From an uncultured Gemmatimonadales bacterium (GTDB lineage Bacteria; Gemmatimonadota; Gemmatimonadetes; Gemmatimonadales; GWC2-71-9): a DNA stretch of 64,000 nucleotides. The position numbers and the translations under genes are program-made. The stretch covers positions 1,312,001 through 1,376,000 of the forward strand of contig CAWHFW010000005.1 of assembly GCA_963828735.1 (NCBI GenBank), read 5' to 3'. The first letter of the stretch is position 1. Each line of letters starts with the position of its first letter. The notes under the pieces were generated by a model. That model saw only the letters and a program-made list of their open reading frames with translations. It did not search any database and was not told where the DNA came from. Shown here piece after piece: positions 1 to 9,405 of this stretch.

Positions 1-768
1 CCCCTTCCGGGCGCGGGCGTAGTCCACCGCCTTGCTGAGCGTGTCGTACGAGGCGAGGACGTCGCAGCCATCGACTTCCTGAATGAACAGTCCGGGAAAT
101 CCGGTGAGCAGTTTCGACACCGAGCCGCCCGGGGTGTTGACCTCGACCGGCACCGAGATGGCGTAGCCGTTGTCCTCGACCAGGAAGACGACCGGCAACT
201 TGAGATTGGTGGCGGTGTTGAGGGCCTCCCAGAACTCGCCTTCGCTCGTGGTGCCGTCGCCCGTGGTGCACAGCACCACCTCGTCGCCGTGGGACAGCTC
301 CTCGCGCTCAGCGATCCCCTCGATGCTCGAGTAGCGAAGCCACGCCTCGGCACAGCCGACGGCCTGCAGAAACTGGGTGCCCGTGGGACTCGAGGCGCTC
401 ACGATGTTGAGCGCCTTGTGGCCCCAGTGGGAGGGCATCTGGCGGCCGCCCGAGTTGGGATCGGCAGCGGCCCCCACGGCGGAAAGCAACTGCTCGGTGG
501 CCGTCATCCCCAGCCCGAGGCAGAGCGCGCGGTCCCGGTAGTAGGTGTAGAACCAGTCGTAGGCGGGGCGGAGCACCCGGGCGGCGGCGACGAGCACCGC
601 CTCATGGCCGGCGCCCGAGATCTGGAAGAAGATCTTGTTCTGCCGCTTGAGCTGGATCTCCTTGTCGTCGATCCGCCGCGCGAGCAGCATGATGCGGTAC
701 ATCTCGAGCAAATCCGCCTTCTCGAGCTTGGCGGACGCGCGGGCGCGGGTCGAGGTTCGTGTAGCCAT
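1..768 (-). CDS. 2-oxoacid (branched-chain/pyruvate-type) dehydrogenase E1 alpha or alpha/beta fusion, N-terminal part; runs off the window edge
   Basis: Manual translation from ATG 768: MATRTST...[20 protein letters not shown]...[10 protein letters not shown]...[16 protein letters not shown]...VEDNGYAIS, containing the TPP-binding GDG..N motif. Confidence 0.9.
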   Translation of the reverse strand, partial: MATRTSTRARASAKLEKADLLEMYRIMLLARRIDDKEIQLKRQNKIFFQISGAGHEAVLVAAARVLRPAYDWFYTYYRDRALCLGLGMTATEQLLSAVGAAADPNSGGRQMPSHWGHKALNIVSASSPTGTQFLQAVGCAEAWLRYSSIEGIAEREELSHGDEVVLCTTGDGTTSEGEFWEALNTATNLKLPVVFLVEDNGYAISVPVEVNTPGGSVSKLLTGFPGLFIQEVDGCDVLASYDTLSKAVDYARARKG

Positions 769-980
769 TGCACTCGGGGGAGAGGGTCGGTCGCCGGCTG
801 CTGGAACGACCGGAAAGATAGCGCCCCGCCGGCGCTCCTAGGGAGTTCCGCCGGCCACCGCCAGCAGCTGGTCGTCGCCATTCAAGAAGGGCTCGACTCC
901 GCTGACGATGGCGGGCCAGGTAGTCGCCGGGCACGCGACCCTCATCCTGGAATCCTCCTGCCCCTGTGTCGCGATCCGCC

Positions 981-2659
981 TCATTTGGATTGATACACGA
1001 CACGTCCGCCCACGATCGTCGCGCGGACGGCAGCCCGCTCGATCGCCTCCGGCGGGATGCGCGTGAGGTCCTGGTCCAACAGCACCAGGTCCGCCTTGTA
1101 CCCCGGCGCCAGGCGGCCCCGCCTGCGCTCGGCGAACACGCCGTACGCGTCGCCGTCGTATAGGCGCGGAGCGCCTCCTCCACCGAGATCTTTTCCTCGG
1201 GCACCCAGCCCTCGGGATGCTTGCCGTCGAGCGTCCGCCGGGTGACCGCGGCATAGATGCCGAGGATCGGGTCCAGCGGCGCCACGGTCCAGTCGGACCC
1301 GAACGCGAGATGCGCGTGCCGGTCGAGCAAGGACCGGAAGGCGTACGTCGTCTTGATCCGCTCGGGCCCGATCCGCTTCTCCGCCCAACGGCCGTCGTCG
1401 ATCGCGTGATACGGCTGCATGGACGCGACGACGCCGAGGCGGGCGATGCGGTCGATGTCCTGCCGCCGAAGGTGCTGCGCATGCTCGATCCGGAATCGCC
1501 GGTCGCGCTTGCCGTGCGCCCGCGCGACGCTGTCGTAGATGTCGAGGATCAGGCCGTTGGCGCGCTCGCCGATGGCGTGCACGGCGACCTGCAGTCCGGC
1601 GGAGTCGGCAGCGCCGATCCAGGCACGCAACGAATCTTCGGGGGTCACCAGCACCCCGGACGTCGTCGGGTCGTCGTTGTAGGGAGCATAGAACAACGCG
1701 GTGGTCGAGCCGAGGGAGCCGTCCACGTAGCCTTTGACACCGCCGATCCACACCCAGTCGTCGCCCCGCCCGAGCTTCGCGATGGTATCCGCGACCGCGT
1801 GCCAGGTCTCGAGCGGAAAGTAGAGCGCGGCGCGCGCGGTGAGTGCCCCCGCCGCCTTGGCCCGCAGGTACGTGCCGAGGTCTGCCGGATCCACGCTCAC
1901 GTGCGCGAACGCAGTGACACCCTTCGATGCGGCGTAGGCCAGCGCGCGTCGAAGGGCCGCGTCCCGCTGGGCGTCCGACGGAGCGGGGATCGCCCGCTCC
2001 ACCGGATCCATCGCGCCGTCCTTGAGGATGCCGGTCGGTTCCCCCGTGCGCCGATCGCGCACGATGACCCCGCCAGGGATGTCCTTCGTCGCGCGTGAGA
2101 TGCCGGCGGCACGGAGCGCCGCGGTGTTCGCCAGCCCCATGTGCCCGTCGAGACGGTTCACAAAGACCGGGTTGTTGGGGGTGACCGAGTCGATCCACTC
2201 CCGGCGCGGCAGGGGCGAGCCCGGCCAGCGCTCGTGGTCCCAGTCCCCGCCCAGGATCCACTCGCCGGGGCGCCGCTCGCTGGCGAACGCCTTGAGGCGG
2301 GCGACGAACTCCTCAGGCGAGTTGGCCGGGCGGAGATCGACGCTCGCGAGCTGAAATCCGCCGTCGGTGAAGTGGGTGTGGCCATCCATGAGGCCGGGCA
2401 CCACCATCGCCGCGCCGTTCGCCAGGACCCGGGTCTCGGGGCCGACCAGCCGCGCGATCTCCGCGCTGTCGCCGACCGCCACGATCGAATCGCCGTTCGC
2501 CGCGACCGCGCCGACCCAGGGCCGGGCCGAGTCGCCGGTCCATACGCGACCGTACACCACGAGGCTCGCGGGCCGCGGCGGCGGTGGCGTCTGGCAGGCC
2601 GGGGCGCCGGCGGAAAGCAGCAGGAGCAGGGCGCCGGTATGTGGACGAAGCAGGGTCAC
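981..2659 (-). CDS. YtcJ-like amidohydrolase (amidohydrolase_3), frameshifted near 1155
   Basis: PGLMDGHTH, VHAIGERAN, RIEHAQH and FGSDW lie in ORF 602..2659; the C-terminus (AYGVFAERRRGRLAPGYKADLVLLD...TIVGGRVVY) lies in another frame ending at 981. Confidence 0.85.
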
Positions 2660-2666
2660 GGGTGGC

Positions 2667-2909
2667 TCAGCGGAGTTTGGTGAGTCGCCGGATGGCTTCG
2701 AGCTTCTCGAGGGCGCTGCCCCCCGACGCGGCGGGCGCCACCGAGAAGAGGTCGCGGATATCGAGCAGGATCTCGAGCATGAGCTGGTCGCGCATGTAGG
2801 CGCTATCGAGGTCGATCATGCGGCCCCCGTCGCCGGCGGCCTTGGCGCGGTCATAGGACTCGCGATAGATCGACTCGAGGTTGGCGAGGATGCGTTCGCG
2901 GGCGCGCAT
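2667..2909 (-). CDS. Hypothetical helical protein (80 aa)
   Basis: MRARERILANLESIYRESYDRAK...; GC3-rich codons, ends 7 bp before the amidohydrolase start. Confidence 0.7.
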   Translation of the reverse strand: MRARERILANLESIYRESYDRAKAAGDGGRMIDLDSAYMRDQLMLEILLDIRDLFSVAPAASGGSALEKLEAIRRLTKLR

Positions 2910-3113
2910 GAAGTTTCTCCGGGAAGTCGGCTCAAGTATAGCCACCCGGGATGGCGGAGCCCACCGGCACGTACTCCCGGCGGATAGAGCCGATCAACGG
3001 CAATCCCCAACACGCCGACGGCCGGTCGAGGTACCGAGCGCGGGACACTATACTTAGCGGAAGCGGCCGGCGCGCCCCGCCCCGGCCCTTCTCTTCCGCC
3101 GCACGAGCACGCC

Positions 3114-3668
3114 ATGACGCTTCAAGGCACGTCGGTCCTGTTCTTCGCGGGCCCCCTCTACGAAGATCTCGAGCTCTGGTATCCCAAGATCCGCCTGGAA
3201 GAGGAGGGGGCTCGCACCGTCGTGGCCGGGACGGGCGAACGGACCTACCAGGGCAAGCGCGGCTATCCGCTCACGGTGGACGCGAACGTGGACGATCTCC
3301 GCGCGGACGAGTTCGACGGGCTGGTGATCCCTGGCGGCTATGCCCCCGACATCATGCGCCGCTCGAAGAAGCTGCTGCAGCTCACCCGTGAGATCTACGA
3401 CGCGGACAAGCCGGTGGCGTTCATCTGCCACGCCGGATGGGTGCCGATCTCCGCCGGCATCGTGCGCGGCAAGCGGGGCACGAGCGTCGGGGCGATCAAG
3501 GACGACCTGGTCAACGCGGGCCTCCTGTGGGAGGACAGCCCGGTGGTCGTGGACGGCAACCTGATCTCGAGCCGCACGCCCGCGGACCTGCCGCAGTTCA
3601 TGCGCGCGCTCATCCGGGCGCTGGCCTCGCGGACCGCCGGGGCGGGCGCCCCCGCGGGGCGGCGCTAG
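3114..3668 (+). CDS. PfpI/DJ-1 family protein (type 1 glutamine amidotransferase-like)
   Basis: YEDLELWYP, IPGGYAPD, AFICHAGW nucleophile motif, VVVDGNLISSR. Confidence 0.92.
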   Translation: MTLQGTSVLFFAGPLYEDLELWYPKIRLEEEGARTVVAGTGERTYQGKRGYPLTVDANVDDLRADEFDGLVIPGGYAPDIMRRSKKLLQLTREIYDADKPVAFICHAGWVPISAGIVRGKRGTSVGAIKDDLVNAGLLWEDSPVVVDGNLISSRTPADLPQFMRALIRALASRTAGAGAPAGRR

Positions 3669-3670
3669 CG

Positions 3671-3988
3671 ATGTCCATCGCCGATGCGCAGCGGCGGGTT
3701 GACGGCTGGGTGGGGCAGTTCGAGGAGGGCTATTTCCATCCGCTCACCAACATCGCGCGCCTCACGGAGGAAGTCGGCGAGCTCGCGCGCGAGGTGAACC
3801 ACCGATTCGGCCAGAAGACGAAGAAGCCGGGCGAGGCCGAGGGCGACCTGGCGATGGAGATGGCGGACATCCTGTTCGTCGTCATCTGCATGGCCAACCG
3901 CGAGGGCATCGACCTGCAGGCGGCGTTCGACCGGATGATGGAGAAAGTGGAGACACGGGATCGGGACCGATGGACGAGGAAGGGATGA
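3671..3988 (+). CDS. MazG-like nucleotide pyrophosphohydrolase (YpjD type)
   Basis: ARLTEEVGELAREVNH...EMADILFV...RDRDRW. Confidence 0.9.
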   Translation: MSIADAQRRVDGWVGQFEEGYFHPLTNIARLTEEVGELAREVNHRFGQKTKKPGEAEGDLAMEMADILFVVICMANREGIDLQAAFDRMMEKVETRDRDRWTRKG

Positions 3989-4031
3989 CGGAGGGTTGGG
4001 TCGAGCGCACTTTCGATGACCGTCCGACGGT

Positions 4032-4937
4032 CTATTCCCACTCCTCCGGCGCGCCCTCCAGCTCCGCGAGCAACACGAGGTAGCTCTCCCAGCGGTCGCG
4101 GGCGATGGCTCCGGCCTCGACGCCGTCGCGCACGCGGCACCCGGGCTCGGTGCGGTGTCGGCAATCGGCGTAGCGGCAGTCGTTCAGGAAGGGCCGAAAC
4201 TCGGGGAAGCAGGTGTCGAGTTGGCCCGGGTCGATTCCCCACAGCCCCACTTCGCTGAACCCGGGCGTGTCCACGAGGTAGCCGCCGACATCGAGCGGCA
4301 GCATGACGGCAGAGACCGTCGTGTTCCGGCCGCGGCGCACCTTGGTGCTGATCTCGCCGGTCCGGAGCCGCAGGCCGGGCTGCAGCCGGTTGAGCAGGCT
4401 CGACTTCCCCACACCCGACGGTCCCGTGACCACCGAGATGCGTCCGGCAAGGGCGCGGGCGAACCCGTCCATGCCTTCGCCTGTCGTCGTGCTCGTGGGG
4501 TACACCTGATAGCCCGCGCGTCGGCACCGCTCGATGAGGGGCGTGCCCGGATCGAGGTCGATCTTGTTGACGACGACGGCCGCGTGAATCTCATTGGCTT
4601 CGGCCACGACGAGCAGCCGGTCGATGAGCTGGGGAATGGGGGCGGGATACTGGACGGCCGTCACGACGAAGACTTGATCCACGTTGGCGGCGACCGGCCG
4701 GGTGCCGCGGCCTTCCGGAACGCGACGCTCGAGGAGGGCGGTCCGCGGCTCCACGCCGACGATCGCGTGCAGCCGGGCGACCGGATCGGGCTCGAGCCGC
4801 ACGCGATCGCCGACGACCACCCGGGCGGTGTCGCGCTTCGCCTTGCCCGCGAGCACTGCCCGAAGCTCCCCGCCGTCGGTGGCGACGCGATACACCGCCC
4901 CGTCGCGCTCGAGCACCGTGCCGAGGAGCGCCGTCAC
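4032..4937 (-). CDS. rsgA: Ribosome small subunit-dependent GTPase A
   Basis: VAANVD, NKID, GPSGVGKSS, RGRNTT, DTPG and the Zn-finger CRYADCRHRTEPGC; GTG start overlaps the upstream TGA. Confidence 0.95.
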   Translation of the reverse strand: MTALLGTVLERDGAVYRVATDGGELRAVLAGKAKRDTARVVVGDRVRLEPDPVARLHAIVGVEPRTALLERRVPEGRGTRPVAANVDQVFVVTAVQYPAPIPQLIDRLLVVAEANEIHAAVVVNKIDLDPGTPLIERCRRAGYQVYPTSTTTGEGMDGFARALAGRISVVTGPSGVGKSSLLNRLQPGLRLRTGEISTKVRRGRNTTVSAVMLPLDVGGYLVDTPGFSEVGLWGIDPGQLDTCFPEFRPFLNDCRYADCRHRTEPGCRVRDGVEAGAIARDRWESYLVLLAELEGAPEEWE

Positions 4938-5248
4938 CACTCCGCGGGCGCGCGGGTGATCGCCTCGTCGAGCGCCGCCTTTACGTCGTAGAGCGAGAGC
5001 GCCTTCACGCGCTCCTCGGCTTCCGCCTCGGTGCGTCCCCACGCGAGCGTCTCGGTCTCGACATGGCCCACGGGCCGCTCCCCGCCGGACGACCAGCGGA
5101 CGAAGAGCAGCGCCGCGCCGTACAGTCCGCGAACGTCCGGCTCCTCGTCCACGTACACGGCCACCGAGTAGGCCTGACCATCGCTCCCGCCGAAGGCCGC
5201 CGCCCGCTCGTGCTTGGCCATGTATCCGCCCAGCGTCAGCTCGCTCAC
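4934..5248 (-). CDS. Hypothetical protein (~104 aa)
   Basis: (M)SELTLGGYMAKHERAAAFGGSDGQAYS...; GTGA overlaps with the genes on both sides. Confidence 0.75.
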   Translation of the reverse strand: MSELTLGGYMAKHERAAAFGGSDGQAYSVAVYVDEEPDVRGLYGAALLFVRWSSGGERPVGHVETETLAWGRTEAEAEERVKALSLYDVKAALDEAITRAPAEW

Positions 5249-6174
5249 CGTCCCGGTACCGACTCTCGCACGAGGTTGCCAAGGAGAAAGGCGATGTTGG
5301 CGGGACGTTCCGCCAGGCGCCGCATGAGATAAGGATACCACTGGGTTCCGAAGGGGATATAGACCCGGAGGCGGTAGCCGTCGCGCCGGAGGCTTTCCTG
5401 CAGGTCTCGGCGCACGCCATACAGCATCTGAAACTCGAACCGCTCGCTTCCGATCCCCTGGCGCCGGGTGAAGTCCCGGACGTGGGCGATGATGGATTCG
5501 TCGTGCGTGGCGAGGCCCGGATAGTTGCCGGCGAGGAGCAGGCGCTCCATCAGGCGAACGTAGTTGCGATCCACGTCGGCCTTGTCGGGGAACGCGACCG
5601 CCGGCGGCTCCAGGTAGGCTCCCTTGCACAGCCGGACCCGCGCCTGCATGCCGACCAGACACTCGATGTCCTGCTCGGAGCGCCTGAGCATCGACTGGAT
5701 GACCACTCCGCAGTGCGCGCCGAAGCGGTCGAACAGCCGTCGGCGGAAGAACTCGAGCGTGCGCTCCGTGTACTCCGACCCCTCCATGTCGAGCCGAACG
5801 AAGCCATTGAGCGCCGCCGCCTTCTCGAGAATGGCCGTCATGTTGGCGACGCACAGGGCCTCGGAGATGTCGAGCCCCATCTGGGTCAACTTGACCGAGA
5901 CGTTGACCTCGGTGCCGCTTGCGGCCATGAGGTCGAGCATCCGGAGGTACTGGTCCCGGGCAGTGGCCGCCTCGGCTTCCACCGTCACGCTCTCGCCCAG
6001 GAGATCGAGCGAGGGGGTGATGCCACGGCGGGTGAGTTCGCGCGCCGCGTCGACCCCTTGCTCGATGGACTCGCCCGCCACGAACCGGGAAGCGAATCGG
6101 CGGGCGAGGCCATTCCCACGCACGAAGTTGAACACACCCTGCCGCTCGGACAGCCAGAGCAGGCCCTGTCGCAT
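5245..6174 (-). CDS. Monofunctional proline dehydrogenase
   Basis: SRFVAGE, SVKLTQMG, RLDMEGS, RLCKGAY, ATHD, FEFQMLYG, YLMRRLAERPAN. Confidence 0.93.
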   Translation of the reverse strand: MRQGLLWLSERQGVFNFVRGNGLARRFASRFVAGESIEQGVDAARELTRRGITPSLDLLGESVTVEAEAATARDQYLRMLDLMAASGTEVNVSVKLTQMGLDISEALCVANMTAILEKAAALNGFVRLDMEGSEYTERTLEFFRRRLFDRFGAHCGVVIQSMLRRSEQDIECLVGMQARVRLCKGAYLEPPAVAFPDKADVDRNYVRLMERLLLAGNYPGLATHDESIIAHVRDFTRRQGIGSERFEFQMLYGVRRDLQESLRRDGYRLRVYIPFGTQWYPYLMRRLAERPANIAFLLGNLVRESVPGR

Positions 6175-6300
6175 GATCACGGTCGCACCTTGTCGAGAGC
6201 CGAAAGAGCGGTGAGGGCCCGCCCGGAAACGCCCACGAAGGTAGTGGGGGAAGGCGGTGGAGTGTAGAGGGGGACAGAGGCGTGAATCTTTATGCAACCC

Positions 6301-6316
6301 TGTGACTGGCGTCACG
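6301..6316. promoter_or_regulatory. CRP/FNR-family-like palindrome
   Basis: TGTGA-CTGGCG-TCACG, one mismatch to TGTGA-N6-TCACA, in the divergent intergenic region. Confidence 0.35.
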
Positions 6317-6518
6317 TTACGGGCTCGACGACCGCAGACTTCGGCCCCGATTGTGTCCCTCCCCACGGCCCCGATCGTCGGGGCCGAGAATCTTGCGCGG
6401 GAGTCGAGTCACGGCTCGCGCAGCGCGCTCTCGCTACGCGTGAGATGACACTCACACCGCCTGGGACACCGCGCGCCCCGGGCGGGACCGATCACGCGAC
6501 GCGCGCCGGAATCGAACC

Positions 6519-7580
6519 ATGCCTTCTCGCCGACGGCCGTCGCCGCCGCCCGACCCACTCCAATCGGCCCAGGCCGCAGGCCTCCGGTACGTGAGCGATG
6601 CGACGCCCGGGATTCGCCGTCGGCGAGCTGGACGCGGATTCGCGTACGTGTCGGCCGACGGCCGACCGCTCCGCGATACCGCCGCGCTGGCCCGCATCAG
6701 GAGCCTCGCGATCCCGCCAGCGTACACCGACGTGTGGATCTGCCCCACCCCCAATGGCCACCTCCAGGCTACGGGCAGGGACGCGCGAGGGCGGAAGCAG
6801 TATCGGTATCATCCCAAATGGCGGGAGGTCCGGGACGAGACCAAGTTCGGCCGCATGGTCGCCTTCAGCGAGGCGCTTCCACGCCTCCGGAAGCGGATCG
6901 AGGACGACCTCGCCAAGTCCGGTCTGCCACGAGAGAAGGTGCTTGCCACCGTGGTCCGTCTGCTCGAGTGCACCGGTATCCGCGTCGGGAACGAGGAGTA
7001 CGCGCGGAACAATCGCTCGTTCGGGCTGACCACCTTGCGCGACCACCACGTCGAGATCTCCGGATCCACGATGCGCTTCGAGTTCCGGGGCAAGAGCGGC
7101 AAGACGCACCGTGTGGCGCTGAGCGACCGACGACTCGCCCGCATCGTGGCGCGCTGCCAGGCGGTGCCCGGCGCGGAGTTGTTCCAGTACGTGGACGACG
7201 AGGGCGAGCGGGTGGCGATCGGGTCGGGAGATGTGAACGACTATCTGCGGGACATCACGGGCGAGGATTTCACCGCCAAGGACTTCCGCACCTGGGCCGG
7301 CACGCTGCAGGCCGTGGCGGCGCTGGACGCGCTCGGGCCCGCCTCCAGCGTCCGCGAGGCGAAATCCGCGATCCTCCGGGCCATCGACCAGGTGGCGGAA
7401 CGCCTCAATAACACGCGCGCCGTGTGCCGGAAGTACTACGTACACCCCGCGGTGCTGGAACGGTATGAGGCCGGCACCCTCCACGAGGCCATGGCTAACG
7501 GGAAGGGCGGAACCGCCGCGTCCGGCCTCGAGCCGGACGAACAGGCGCTGGTCAGGCTGCTGCGACATGTCTCGGAATGA
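6519..7580 (+). CDS. Bacterial DNA topoisomerase IB
   Basis: IPPAYTDVWIC, GRDARGRKQYRYHP, GIRVGNEEY, FRGKSGK, AKDFRTW, NTRAVCRKYYVHP (catalytic Tyr). Confidence 0.95.
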   Translation: MPSRRRPSPPPDPLQSAQAAGLRYVSDATPGIRRRRAGRGFAYVSADGRPLRDTAALARIRSLAIPPAYTDVWICPTPNGHLQATGRDARGRKQYRYHPKWREVRDETKFGRMVAFSEALPRLRKRIEDDLAKSGLPREKVLATVVRLLECTGIRVGNEEYARNNRSFGLTTLRDHHVEISGSTMRFEFRGKSGKTHRVALSDRRLARIVARCQAVPGAELFQYVDDEGERVAIGSGDVNDYLRDITGEDFTAKDFRTWAGTLQAVAALDALGPASSVREAKSAILRAIDQVAERLNNTRAVCRKYYVHPAVLERYEAGTLHEAMANGKGGTAASGLEPDEQALVRLLRHVSE

Positions 7581-7663
7581 CCAACGCGACCGCGCCCGCC
7601 CACGGGCGTGGGCGGGCGCAGCATGGGAGGAGCAGCCGGTCCCATAGCTTTCGTGGGACCAGC

Positions 7664-8089
7664 TCACATGCCGGCGTACCCTCCACCACCCGAACCACCA
7701 GAGCCACCAGAGCCGCCGCTGCTGGCGCCGCCATCCGATACCGTCACCGAACCGGACATCACTGCGGCGCCGTGAATGGAGCAAAAGTAGGGATAGGTCC
7801 CGGCGACGCTGAAGGTCCGCTGGAACGATCCCGAGCTCTGCGCCCCCGAGCCGGGGGCGTTGTCGTTGAACGTGACCGTGTGCTGCACGTCGCCGTCGGC
7901 CCATTGCCAGGTCACCGTGGTACCGGTCGCCACGCTGAGGGTCGCGGGAGAATAGAAATTGTTGCCGACCGTGACCGTGCTGCCGCCCCCGGTCGGCGTC
8001 GTCGGGCCGGTCGTGGTATCGGATCCGCCGCTCCCGCACCCGACGAACGCCAGAATGGCCAGCGTCTGGAACAACGACCGCGCCCGCAT
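7664..8089 (-). CDS. Cupredoxin (plastocyanin/azurin-like) lipoprotein with Gly/Ser tail
   Basis: Lipobox FVGC; QHTVT...YPYFCSIHGAAVMSG supplies the type-1 Cu ligands H, C, H, M. Confidence 0.85.
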   Translation of the reverse strand: MRARSLFQTLAILAFVGCGSGGSDTTTGPTTPTGGGSTVTVGNNFYSPATLSVATGTTVTWQWADGDVQHTVTFNDNAPGSGAQSSGSFQRTFSVAGTYPYFCSIHGAAVMSGSVTVSDGGASSGGSGGSGGSGGGGYAGM

Positions 8090-8161
8090 AGCAACCTCCG
8101 CTCGAACCGATGCCGTCTGAAGGAACCCGACCTTCATGAGTAATCCGAGCCGAGAGGGCGG

Positions 8162-8216
8162 TCTTGCATGGGCGGAACGGATTTGTGCAACGTGAGCGGA
8201 GGGAGCATCTTGCAAC
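8162..8216. promoter_or_regulatory. Putative AraC-family direct-repeat operator
   Basis: TCTTGCA 8162, TTGTGCAAC 8183 and TCTTGCAAC 8208, between the divergent cupredoxin and araC genes. Confidence 0.45.
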
Positions 8217-8229
8217 AGGGAGGCCGGTG

Positions 8230-9012
8230 ATGGTGGAGCGCGCGCTCAAACTCGAGGGATTCAGCCTGCGGGAAGGTCGGCACCCGCCAGGGAGCAGTCT
8301 TCCGTGGCATCGACACGCCGGCCCTACGCTCTGCTTCATCTACGCGGGAGCCTTCACCGAGCGCTTTGCCGGCGCGACGCTGGAATGCACCCCCGGCACG
8401 CTCAAGATCACCCCTGCGGAGGAGCCGCACAGCAATCGGTTCGGGCGGGAGGAGACGCGCGGCCTCCTGGTGGAAGCCGACGCTGGGGGCCTCGATCGCC
8501 TGGGCGAGCATGCCGGCGTCCTCGACGAGCGGGCCAGCTACCGCGATGGCCACCTGTCGGTGCTCGCCTGGCGGCTGCTCGCCGAGCTTCGGTCGGGCGA
8601 CACGGCCGCCCCGCTCGCGATCGAGGGCCTGTTGCTGGAGATCCTGGCTGGGGCGGCCCGCTCGCGCGACGTGCGGGTTCACGGCGCGGTGCCGCGATGG
8701 GTTGCCGAGGCCCGCGAGTACCTGCACGATCCGGGGGCGATCGCGAGCCTCGGTGAGCTCGCTGCCGTCGTCGACGTGCATCCCGTGACGCTCGCGAGAG
8801 GGTTCCGCAGGGCGTACGGCTGCAGCGTTGGCGAATATCTGCGATGGCTCCGCATCGCCCAGGCGGCCCGACGGCTCGCGGAAACCGACGCGCCCCTCGC
8901 CGAGATCGCGCTCGAAGCGGGCTTTGCGGACCAGAGTCATTTCTCGAACATGTTCCGCCGGGAAACCGGTGTGCCGCCCTCGGCGTTCCGCCGAGCCGTA
9001 CGCGGGAAGTAG
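8230..9012 (+). CDS. AraC family transcriptional regulator
   Basis: N-terminal cupin (PWHRH...PHSN); C-terminal HTH EIALEAGFADQSHFSNMFRRETGVPPSAFR. Confidence 0.93.
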   Translation: MVERALKLEGFSLREGRHPPGSSLPWHRHAGPTLCFIYAGAFTERFAGATLECTPGTLKITPAEEPHSNRFGREETRGLLVEADAGGLDRLGEHAGVLDERASYRDGHLSVLAWRLLAELRSGDTAAPLAIEGLLLEILAGAARSRDVRVHGAVPRWVAEAREYLHDPGAIASLGELAAVVDVHPVTLARGFRRAYGCSVGEYLRWLRIAQAARRLAETDAPLAEIALEAGFADQSHFSNMFRRETGVPPSAFRRAVRGK

Positions 9013-9019
9013 ATCCTCC

Positions 9020-9373
9020 CTACGAGGCCGTCGCGCCTCGGCCCTCGTTCGGCAGCAGCTCAGAGACCACACGCGTCATCGCATCCGCCTGAATATCGAA
9101 ATGCGACCCGTGCCATTCGGGGACACCCTCGCGCAGGATGATCGCCTGCGGCGACTGGTGGACCACCCCGGTGCGCTCCGCGAACGCGCGCGAGAGCGGT
9201 CGCTGCTTGATCACATCGACCAGGAAGATCGGCACGTGGCTCAGCCGCCTGAACGCGAGCATCTCCTGGTAGGCGAACCCGCTGGTGGGGCAGATCGGAC
9301 TGTGCTTGTAGAGCACGGCGAGCGGCGAGGCGAGCAGGGCGGCAAGGTCGGCTTCAGTGACGATCGGGTGCAT
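9020..9373 (-). CDS. ytxJ: YtxJ/BrxC-like monothiol thioredoxin-fold protein
   Basis: KHSPICPTS and GVVHQSPQ motifs. Confidence 0.8.
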   Translation of the reverse strand: MHPIVTEADLAALLASPLAVLYKHSPICPTSGFAYQEMLAFRRLSHVPIFLVDVIKQRPLSRAFAERTGVVHQSPQAIILREGVPEWHGSHFDIQADAMTRVVSELLPNEGRGATAS

Positions 9374-9405
9374 GAGGCAACCTACACCGCCGCGTCACAC
9401 GGCGG

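Noticed and set aside
838..945. 35-aa minus-strand ORF (MRVACPATTW...) with a GGAGGA RBS upstream of the E1 gene
   Set aside because: No recognisable features; cannot be distinguished from chance.
6506..6518. CCGGAATCGAACC resembles the tRNA T-arm/att repeat (possible third att copy)
   Set aside because: Only about 12 bp match, with no acceptor-stem or anticodon-arm similarity; likely chance.
6519..7580. TopIB as the missing integrase of the islet
   Set aside because: Shares the tyrosine-recombinase fold, but its motifs are those of TopIB and it is 43 kb away.
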